DNA of 64,000 nucleotides from Thermoplasmatales archaeon (lineage in GTDB: Archaea; Thermoplasmatota; E2; DHVEG-1). Under the pieces are notes generated by a model. The model saw nothing but the letters and a program-made list of their open reading frames with translations, was not told where the DNA came from and did no database searches. The translations under genes and the position numbers were made by a program. The number at the start of each line of letters is the position of its first letter. The first letter of the stretch is position 1. This document shows positions 57,101 to 64,000 of the stretch, in pieces. The stretch is from NCBI GenBank assembly GCA_020350825.1, contig CP070724.1, positions 1,013,584 to 1,077,583 of the forward strand, written 5' to 3'.

Positions 57101-58702
57101 ATGGTTATGAAACTTCGTGTGCTAATGGTTGAAGATTCAGAAGACGATGCCCTAATGGTGAGAAGAGAGTTAAAGAAAGGAGGTTTTGATCTTATAGTCG
57201 AACGTGTAGAAACTGATAAAGATATGCGGAAAGCATTACAGAATCAAAAATGGGATGTGATTATATCTGATTATGTTTTGCCAAGTTTTAGTGGATTAGA
57301 TGCTTTGAAGGTTCTTCAAAAAACTGATCTTGATTTACCATTTATAATTGTATCAGGTAAAATTGGGGAGGAAACTGCAGTAGAGATGATGAAAGCTGGT
57401 GCCCATGACTATATTATGAAAAACAATCTTAGTAGACTTAATCCTGCAATAAAACGAGAGCTTGAAGAAGTAAAAGTACGATTAGAGCGACAAAAAATTA
57501 AGGAAGATTTAATAGAGTCATATTCTGAACTTGAAAAGAAGAGTGCGCAGCTGGAAAAAGCTAATATAAAATTAAAGGGAGAAATTATTAAAAGGGAGAA
57601 AGCAGAGAAACAAGCTGTTGAAGTTAAGGAACATCTACAAAATGTTATCAATAGTGCCTCTGAAATTATTATCTCAATCGATAAGAATAATAGAATTACA
57701 ACATGGAATAAAACAGCAGAGCTGATTACTGGATATAAACATAAAGAGGTACTTAACAGATCTATCAATAAATTATCAATGTTTGATAACTCACAAAATG
57801 TAATAGATATTGTCAAAACTGTATATCAAGAGAAAAAATTTGGATATGACGACCTAGTATTGATAACAAAAAATAATGTTAAGAAAATAATCCGCGTCAT
57901 AGGATCGGTTATTAAGGGTAAATATAAACAAGACATAGGGATTCTTTTTGTAGGGACCGATATTACAAAGGATATTGAAATACATGGGAAATTACTCCTG
58001 GGAAATAGCTATTTAATCCCTGATAAAAATAATAAAGTAGCAGTAGATCTTTTTATAGATCTAACAAGATCAGAGCATCAAGGTTTGTTTTTCACTCGTT
58101 CTAACCCTGTAATGATAAAAAGCATCATACCTCCTAAGTTTAAAATTCAAGTTATTCTATTAAGTAAGGAAAAATCAGAAGATTATAAAAATATCTCGGA
58201 TCTTGATTCACTTATACATGAAATCAAAGAGTTCAGTATAAAAAATAACAATGCTGTAATTTTATTAGATGGTATTCACTATTTGTTAACTATTTTTTCG
58301 TTTGAAAAATTTATCGAAGCCTTATATCAAATTAACGATTTGATGGCTAAAAACAAATCAATATTGTTAATGCGATTTGACGCCTCACTTGTAGATAATA
58401 ATAAAATGGCAATAATTGAAAATGAACTTCAATTATTACCTAGCCAAAAATTAGAAGGTCTAATTATAGAAGACTCTGTATATAATATGCTTAAATTTAT
58501 CCATGAACAAAATCAAAATAATGCTTTGGTTTCATTCAAAAAAATCATGGTCAAATTTAAAATTGCATATTCAACAGCTGCAAAAAGACTTCAAATCCTT
58601 GAAATTAAAGGATTGATCTTCACAAAAAGACAAGGAAAACTAAGAACAGTATATATTTCAGAAAAAGGAAAAACATTATTATCTAAACGACAAACAGCCT
58701 AG
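57101..58702 (+). CDS. Response regulator: REC, coiled coil, PAS, DUF835, C-terminal winged helix
   Basis: REC (VLMVEDSEDD...VIISDYVLPSFSGLD...IIVSGKIGEE). PAS (ITTWNKTAELITGYKHKEV). DUF835-like (GNSYLIPD...GLFFTRSNP...VILLDGIHYLL...ILLMRFD). wHTH-like tail (YSTAAKRLQILEIKGLIFTKRQGKLRTVYISEKG). Confidence 0.75.
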   Translation: MVMKLRVLMVEDSEDDALMVRRELKKGGFDLIVERVETDKDMRKALQNQKWDVIISDYVLPSFSGLDALKVLQKTDLDLPFIIVSGKIGEETAVEMMKAGAHDYIMKNNLSRLNPAIKRELEEVKVRLERQKIKEDLIESYSELEKKSAQLEKANIKLKGEIIKREKAEKQAVEVKEHLQNVINSASEIIISIDKNNRITTWNKTAELITGYKHKEVLNRSINKLSMFDNSQNVIDIVKTVYQEKKFGYDDLVLITKNNVKKIIRVIGSVIKGKYKQDIGILFVGTDITKDIEIHGKLLLGNSYLIPDKNNKVAVDLFIDLTRSEHQGLFFTRSNPVMIKSIIPPKFKIQVILLSKEKSEDYKNISDLDSLIHEIKEFSIKNNNAVILLDGIHYLLTIFSFEKFIEALYQINDLMAKNKSILLMRFDASLVDNNKMAIIENELQLLPSQKLEGLIIEDSVYNMLKFIHEQNQNNALVSFKKIMVKFKIAYSTAAKRLQILEIKGLIFTKRQGKLRTVYISEKGKTLLSKRQTA

Positions 58703-58723
58703 ATTCATTTTCCCCGATTAAAA

Positions 58724-58770
58724 TCGTTTTTAAGTTGTTTTTAATTTGTTTTTAAGTCATGATTTTATAT
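58724..58770 (+). promoter_or_regulatory. Phased T5A2 repeat promoter, copy B (3 units plus TATA box)
   Basis: tcgtttttaag ttgtttttaat ttgtttttaag tcatgaTTTTATAT. T5 tracts at 58727, 58738 and 58749. GGAGGT at 58806, ATG at 58819. Confidence 0.6.
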
Positions 58771-58818
58771 GTCGTAGTAATAGTAAAAATTAAAAAAAAT
58801 ATATTGGAGGTAAAAATT

Positions 58819-60066
58819 ATGAAAAATAATTTAGTTATAAAGGCTGTTATTTGCGGAATTGTAATAATAATTAGTAGTGCAAGTTTTATATCAACGGTCA
58901 TATCAGACGAAACCAGGATAACATCCTTTGTATCCTCAATGAAAGCTACTTGGATAGTTGATGACGAGGGCGATGGAGACTTTACTACTATTCAAGATGC
59001 AATAAATAATTCTCAATCTGGGGATACCATTGAAGTTTACAGTGGAACATATGTTGAACATGTGAATATTAGTAAAACCATTACACTCCTTGGGAAAGAC
59101 GTAGAACTTGGAAGTGGAAGTGACACAGGCATTCCAATCATCGACGGAAGTAATACTGACGATATAGTTAATATAACAGCCAATGGAGTGACAGTTAATA
59201 AGTTTAAAATTAGAAATGGTGGAATCGATGGCGCAGCAATTAAATTACGATCAAGTGCTAACAGTTACATATATAGCAATATACTCATAGACAGCGATGA
59301 TGGAGTAAGACTTAGAGAATCTAGTGATAACAACTACGTCTACCAGAACACGATAATTAACAATGACGACGGTATCGATATTAGAGATTCAAACAACAAC
59401 CATATCTATGAAAACAACATTGAGAACAACGATGATGGAATCGATATAAGAGATTCAAGCACAAACAATCATATATTTCATAACAACTTTATGAACAATA
59501 ATGACAATGCGTTCGATGAAGCAACCAATATGTGGGATGACGGATATCCATCTGGTGGAAATTACTGGGATGATTATACTGGATCTGATGGTGATGGTGA
59601 TGGCATTGGAGATACCCCATATAATATCCCTGGTGGTAGTAACCAAGACAACTATCCACTAATGAATCCATGGCAAGATGATAACAATCCTCCAAGTATA
59701 CCAGATATCAACGGAACTATTAATGGAAAAGTTGGGACAGAGTATGAATACACCTTCGTGTCGACGGATCCTGATGGCGATGATGTCTTTTATTGTATTA
59801 TATGGGGTGATGAAACACCTGAAGTATGTATTGGACCATTTAATTCAGGTGATACGGCAACTGCTAAACATATATGGTCAGAAGAGGGAATGTATACTGT
59901 CTCGGTTAGAGCAAAGGATATCCATGATGCTGAGGGTGACTGGGGCACGCTTGAGGTAACCATGCCTAAGAATAAAGCATTCAATTTCAACTTTAATCTG
60001 ATGGGTTGGTTGTTTGAACGGTTTCCAAATGCATTCCCAATACTACGATACATGCTAGAGCTATAA
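58819..60066 (+). CDS. Secreted right-handed parallel beta-helix (PbH1/NosD-like) protein with conserved C-terminal cassette
   Basis: Signal MKNNLVIKAVICGIVIIISSASF. WIVDDEGDGDFTTIQDAINNSQSGDTIEVYSGTY followed by NNDDGIDIRDS repeats. C-terminus ...MPKNKAFNFNFNLMGWLFERFPNAFPILRYMLEL. The track start at 58759 lies inside promoter copy B, so 58819 is preferred. Confidence 0.85.
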   Translation: MKNNLVIKAVICGIVIIISSASFISTVISDETRITSFVSSMKATWIVDDEGDGDFTTIQDAINNSQSGDTIEVYSGTYVEHVNISKTITLLGKDVELGSGSDTGIPIIDGSNTDDIVNITANGVTVNKFKIRNGGIDGAAIKLRSSANSYIYSNILIDSDDGVRLRESSDNNYVYQNTIINNDDGIDIRDSNNNHIYENNIENNDDGIDIRDSSTNNHIFHNNFMNNNDNAFDEATNMWDDGYPSGGNYWDDYTGSDGDGDGIGDTPYNIPGGSNQDNYPLMNPWQDDNNPPSIPDINGTINGKVGTEYEYTFVSTDPDGDDVFYCIIWGDETPEVCIGPFNSGDTATAKHIWSEEGMYTVSVRAKDIHDAEGDWGTLEVTMPKNKAFNFNFNLMGWLFERFPNAFPILRYMLEL

Positions 60067-60196
60067 AAACTAACTAAACCAACCTCCAACAATATTTGGT
60101 TTTGTTACAGATGTTGCAATAAATATAAAAGAAAAGATATTTAAATAAAAAAATTATATCAAACACAGGAGAATGAAATTTATTAGAGGGAAAAAT

Positions 60197-63139
60197 ATGA
60201 AAAATATTAGAATTGGAATTGTAGTGTGTATGCTGTTGATAACATCTTTTTCAATTTCGACTACAGCTATAGTAAATATAAAGGAATCATACAGTAGTAT
60301 TAATTTAAGCTCACATGTGAGTGAAATATTACTAACTGATTGGTATTTACAAACATCTTGGGATACCAGTGGCCTGTTTGGATTTTATTTTTCAAGTAAT
60401 GATGTAGGATGGGCAGTAGGAGTAGGAACCATACTTCATACTTCTGATGGTGGAAATATTTGGTTTGAGCAGGATTATCCCGCGGCTAGTAATTTATATA
60501 GCGTATTTTTCATAAACAATTACATAGGTTGGACTTCTGGTTCTAATGGCGTTATTTTACATACTACAGATGGTGGAAATACATGGGTGGAACAAGACCA
60601 TAGCTTTACTAATGGAGGTTATTTCTTTAGTGGCCTATATTTCTTAGATGCCAATAATGGTTGGGCTGTTGGTGGTAAACCGTATACTTATAACTCTCCT
60701 AATAAACGTGTAATATTGCATACAACTGATGGTGGAGATACCTGGGTAACAAATCTATATGAATCATATACCAGTCGTCTTTTAGCAGTCTATTTTACTG
60801 ATACCAATAATGGTTGGGCAGTAGGTGAGTATGATCAATATAGTGGTCATGTTTTACATACTAGTAATGGTGGAGCTACGTGGGTGGTTCAGGATCCTGG
60901 AGTAACATCACATTTAACTGATGTTCATTTTACAGATTCAAATAATGGCTGGATAATTGGAGGTTTCGGACTTTTACTACATACAACTAATGGTGGAGAT
61001 ACTTGGACATCTGAAGACCCTGGAACTTCCGATAGTTTATCTGGTATTCATTTCATTGATGGTCAAAATGGATGGATCGCAGGTGGCAACAATAATGATG
61101 CTACCATAATGCATACCAATGATGGCGGTGGTACTTGGACTGCTGATAATCCTGGAACAACTAATTTTTTGTATGATATTTTTTTAACTGATTCTACTCA
61201 TGGTTGGGCTGGCGGTATTCATGGTGACATTGTCTCTACAATACAAACAAGTAATACTCCTCCTGATCAGCCGTTTGATCCGATTCCATCTGATGGAGAG
61301 ACAAATGTTAATCTTGACCCTACATTGTCTGTTAAAGTTACAGATCCAAATTCAGATACGTTGACTGTAAGTTTCTATGATGCTTCAGATAATAGTTTAA
61401 TCGGCACAGATAACAATGTAGTAAGTGGAGATAGAGCATATATCATATGGAATGATCTTGAGTCTTCAACTACTTATAATTGGTACGTAGTTGCAGATGA
61501 TGGTGAAGATTCCACTCAATCACCTACATGGAGTTTTACAACAACTGGTGCAAACCAACCTCCTAATGAACCAACAAATCCCATGCCTCCAAATGGTGCA
61601 ACAGATGTCGAATTAAATCCGACGTTATGTGTCAAATTAACTGATCCTAATATTGACTCTATGACTGGACGTTTTTATGATGCAAGTGATAATAGCTTAA
61701 TTGGAATTGATTATGGGGTTCCTAGCGGTGATATGGCATATGTCACATGGTCCGGTCTTTCTCCTGAAACAACATATAGCTGGTACTCTAAAGCTGATGA
61801 TGGTGAGTATATAACCCAGTCTAATACCTGGTCATTTACCACATGTTGTGCAAACCAGCCTCCTAATTCACCAATATTTCCTATACCTTCAGATGGTGCT
61901 ACTGGAGTTGGTCTTAATCCTCCCCTTTCGGTTGAAGTAAATGATCCTGATGCTGATTCCATGACTGTACGTTTTTATGATGCAAGTGATAATAGCTTAA
62001 TTGGAATGGACGATGGAGTTACAAGTGGTAATAGAGCTATTGTTATTTGGCCTAATCTTTCACCTTCCGTGACCTATAGTTGGTATGCAGTTGCAGATGA
62101 TGGTGAATATACTAATCAGTCTGATATCTGGGAATTTACAACTGATTCAGTAAATAATGCTCCGCTAGCACCAACAAATCCATTACCTTCAGATGGTGCT
62201 ACTGGAGTTGGTCTGAATCCTACCCTTTCGGTTGAAGTAAATGATCCTGATGCGGACTCTATGACTGTTCGTTTCTATGATGCAAGCGATGATAGCTTAA
62301 TTGGAATGGACGATGATGTTATTAGTGGTGGAAGAGCTTATACTCCTTGGAATGGTCTGTCACCTTCTACCTCATATGATTGGTATGCAGTTGCAGATGA
62401 TGGTGAATATACTACTCAGTCTGATACCTGGTCATTTACTACTGGTGCAGAAAATAATGCTCCTTTAGAACCAACAAATCCTATACCTTTAAATGATGCC
62501 ACTGGAGTTGATCTTAATTCTACTCTTTCGGTTGAAGTAAACGATCCTGATGCTGATTCCATGACTGTTCGTTTCTATGATGCAAGGGATGACAGCTTAA
62601 TTGGAACTGACTTTAATGTTCCTAGTGGAAGCAGAGCTTATATGGGATGGTTTAACCTTGAACCATTGAGCATGTACAGTTGGTATGCAGTTGCAGATGA
62701 TGGAGAGTATACTACTCAGTCTGATACTTGGAGTTTTGTAACCATTCAGGATCCTGATAATAACCCGCCGAGTACACCAACTATATTAGGTCCAGAACGT
62801 GGAAAACCTGGTATAGAATATACCTATACATTCAATTCAGTAGATCCAGATGGGGATGACATAGTATATTGTATACAATGGGGTGATGATACCGAAATAT
62901 GTCTTGGCCCTTATCCATCTGGGGAAGATGTAGTCGCGACTCATATTTATGAAGAAAAAGGAGGGTATACTATCAGAGCAAAAGCGGAAGACTCAAATGA
63001 GGCAGAAAGCGACTGGGGAACACTCAAAATCGAAATGCCAAAAAATAAAGCATTTAAATTCAACTTTCCTCTCCTTAATTGGCTATTTGAACGATTTCCA
63101 AACACCTTCCCATTACTCAGGTACCTTCTAGGACTATAA
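60197..63139 (+). CDS. Secreted BNR/Ycf48-like beta-propeller protein with five Fn3-like repeats and conserved C-terminal cassette
   Basis: Six HT(S/T/N)(D/N)GGxTW blades, five 100-aa repeats, and C-terminus ...MPKNKAFKFNFPLLNWLFERFPNTFPLLRYLLGL. The ORF is open from 60173, but the Met at 60197 gives a normal signal peptide (MKNIRIGIVVCMLLITSFSISTTA) and RBS spacing. Confidence 0.85.
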   Translation: MKNIRIGIVVCMLLITSFSISTTAIVNIKESYSSINLSSHVSEILLTDWYLQTSWDTSGLFGFYFSSNDVGWAVGVGTILHTSDGGNIWFEQDYPAASNLYSVFFINNYIGWTSGSNGVILHTTDGGNTWVEQDHSFTNGGYFFSGLYFLDANNGWAVGGKPYTYNSPNKRVILHTTDGGDTWVTNLYESYTSRLLAVYFTDTNNGWAVGEYDQYSGHVLHTSNGGATWVVQDPGVTSHLTDVHFTDSNNGWIIGGFGLLLHTTNGGDTWTSEDPGTSDSLSGIHFIDGQNGWIAGGNNNDATIMHTNDGGGTWTADNPGTTNFLYDIFLTDSTHGWAGGIHGDIVSTIQTSNTPPDQPFDPIPSDGETNVNLDPTLSVKVTDPNSDTLTVSFYDASDNSLIGTDNNVVSGDRAYIIWNDLESSTTYNWYVVADDGEDSTQSPTWSFTTTGANQPPNEPTNPMPPNGATDVELNPTLCVKLTDPNIDSMTGRFYDASDNSLIGIDYGVPSGDMAYVTWSGLSPETTYSWYSKADDGEYITQSNTWSFTTCCANQPPNSPIFPIPSDGATGVGLNPPLSVEVNDPDADSMTVRFYDASDNSLIGMDDGVTSGNRAIVIWPNLSPSVTYSWYAVADDGEYTNQSDIWEFTTDSVNNAPLAPTNPLPSDGATGVGLNPTLSVEVNDPDADSMTVRFYDASDDSLIGMDDDVISGGRAYTPWNGLSPSTSYDWYAVADDGEYTTQSDTWSFTTGAENNAPLEPTNPIPLNDATGVDLNSTLSVEVNDPDADSMTVRFYDARDDSLIGTDFNVPSGSRAYMGWFNLEPLSMYSWYAVADDGEYTTQSDTWSFVTIQDPDNNPPSTPTILGPERGKPGIEYTYTFNSVDPDGDDIVYCIQWGDDTEICLGPYPSGEDVVATHIYEEKGGYTIRAKAEDSNEAESDWGTLKIEMPKNKAFKFNFPLLNWLFERFPNTFPLLRYLLGL
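61253..62752 (+). repeat. Five in-frame tandem repeats, exact 300-bp period, inside CDS 60197..63139
   Basis: tgcaagtgataatagcttaattggaat... recurs at 61681, 61981, 62281 and 62581, with a diverged copy at 61381. Copies 3-5 are the most similar to each other. Confidence 0.9.
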
Positions 63140-63205
63140 AACCAGACTAAAATAACCTCCATCTTTTTCTTTTAAATAATTATCATGATTTACACTGAAA
63201 TTAAA

Positions 63206-63241
63206 ACATTTTTAATTTGTTTTTTAGTCATACTTTTATAT
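63206..63241 (+). promoter_or_regulatory. Phased repeat promoter, copy C (2 units plus TATA box), with no intact gene downstream
   Basis: acatttttaat ttgttttttag tcatacTTTTATAT. Downstream GGAGGA (63275) is followed by ATC instead of ATG, then a stop. Confidence 0.5.
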
Positions 63242-63466
63242 TGTAGAGCTATTGGTGAAGATGTTTTGAACGGTTGGAGGATATAAAATCAAAAACTAAA
63301 ACAGGGAAAACGGAATCTTTGTATTCCAAGATGAAGAAAAGTTTTTTTACAATAACTCTCCCCTCCTCCAAACCCCAAAGTTCTAGATTATAAAATATTC
63401 AAATCTAGATATAATAAAATCTGTTTCAAAAAACTTGGCTTTTAAACTTATTTTAACGATTCGCAA

Positions 63467-63513
63467 TTGTTTTTTACTCATTTTTAAATCATTTTTAAGT
63501 CATATATTTATTT
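63467..63513 (+). promoter_or_regulatory. Phased repeat promoter, copy D (3 units plus TATA-like box)
   Basis: ttgttttttac tcatttttaaa tcatttttaag tcatataTTTATTT. T tracts at 63470, 63481 and 63492. ATG at 63573. Confidence 0.6.
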
Positions 63514-63572
63514 GACGAATGTATTTAAGATACGAAAACGATTTTGAAACCATACCGAAAAGGATAGAAAAA

Positions 63573-64000
63573 ATGAAGAAAAAAATTATTTTGTTGGTGG
63601 AAGATGATCCTAATGATATAGATCTAACAAAACGTGCATTTAAAAAAAGCAAAATTACAGAAGATATTAAGATTATTGTTGCCCACGATGGATTTGAGGC
63701 ATTGAATTATCTTAATGGAAATAGTAGAAATAAAGATCGAATTACAAATTTTATTCCTAAAATAATTCTGCTTGATTTGAATCTACCAAAAATGACCGGT
63801 CTTGAATTATTAAAGCATATCCGAGCTAATAAAAAATCAGAATTGATACCTGTAGTTATACTTTCATCGTCAAAAGAGGAACAGGATATTGTAAATGCTT
63901 ACAAATTAGGAGCTAACAGTTATATTCGTAAACCAGTAGATTTTAAGAAATTTAGTAGTGTAGCGCAACAATTAGGATCATATTGGGTAGGATTAAACGA
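63573..64000 (+). CDS. CheY-like response regulator receiver protein (3' end beyond window)
   Basis: Absent from the ORF track (open at the edge). Own translation: MKKKIILLVEDDPNDIDLTKRAFKK...IILLDLNLPKMTGLELLKHIRA...IPVVILSSSKEEQDIVNAYKLGANSYIRKPVDF. Confidence 0.85.
   Translation, partial: MKKKIILLVEDDPNDIDLTKRAFKKSKITEDIKIIVAHDGFEALNYLNGNSRNKDRITNFIPKIILLDLNLPKMTGLELLKHIRANKKSELIPVVILSSSKEEQDIVNAYKLGANSYIRKPVDFKKFSSVAQQLGSYWVGLN

Noticed and set aside
58759-58818. Upstream start (58759) given by the ORF track for the beta-helix protein.
   Set aside because: The extra 20 codons overlap the phased-repeat promoter and its TATA box (58724-58770). A GGAGGT RBS precedes the Met at 58819, and that start gives a normal signal peptide.
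60173-60196. First ATG of the BNR-repeat protein ORF.
   Set aside because: GGAGA sits immediately against this ATG, so the spacing is too short. The second Met at 60197 has a GAGGG about 6 nt upstream and yields a typical signal peptide. The choice remains uncertain without N-terminal data.
53981-63513. CRISPR-like reading of the short phased repeats, and of the 300-bp repeats at 61253-62752.
   Set aside because: The 11-bp units are contiguous with no spacers and sit at promoters. The 300-bp repeats are in-frame coding modules. No cas genes are present.

Overview
AT-rich archaeal chromosome segment, euryarchaeal in type. Supporting evidence: ribosomal protein L41e, a tRNA-Trp whose intron is built like a C/D-box guide RNA, a PGF-CTERM protein, an HAE3-type RND exporter, DUF357/DUF835/DUF62-type genes, and TATA-box promoters with GGAGG ribosome-binding sites. 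I ran no database search; every family call rests on motifs read in the supplied translations or in my own translations.

Gene content, left to right:
(1) 0.6-13 kb, minus strand: a cell-surface glycan block. It holds a Nudix hydrolase, a Wzx-like flippase, glmS flanked by two GlmU-like genes, and a compact five-gene sulfate-activation/sulfotransfer operon (RHH-sat-DHH-cysC-sulfotransferase).
(2) 13-22 kb: housekeeping and membrane genes (DUF62 SAM hydrolase, flavin reductase, wHTH plus HAE3 exporter, M50 protease, rpiA, kptA, tRNA-Lys).
(3) 22-33 kb and 39-51 kb: an extracellular proteolysis and amino-acid catabolism theme. It comprises two gingipain-like C25 peptidases, a papain-like C1 peptidase, an OPT oligopeptide transporter, a polar amino-acid ABC system and a two-subunit 2-oxoacid:ferredoxin oxidoreductase.
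(4) 35-39 kb: a possible isoprenoid-synthase-like gene followed by two tandemly duplicated CrtC/AttH-like genes.
(5) 53-64 kb: a two-component locus (PAS histidine kinase, REC-PAS-DUF835-wHTH regulator, a second REC protein) interleaved with large secreted proteins.

Most interesting observations:
(a) Four secreted proteins with unrelated N-terminal domains all end in the same ~110-aa cassette, a PKD-like module followed by MPKNK...WLFERFPNxFPILRxxLxL at the extreme C-terminus. I do not recognise this as any established sorting signal, and it coexists with a classical PGF-CTERM protein.
(b) A promoter architecture occurs four times within 10 kb around the two-component genes. Each copy has two to four NNRTTTTTAAN units phased at exactly 11 bp, abutting a TATA-like box.
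(c) The sulfation operon is self-contained.
(d) The pre-tRNA-Trp intron has canonical 12-nt-spacer C/D architecture aimed at positions 34 and 39.

No CRISPR array, rRNA gene, transposase or integrase was seen.
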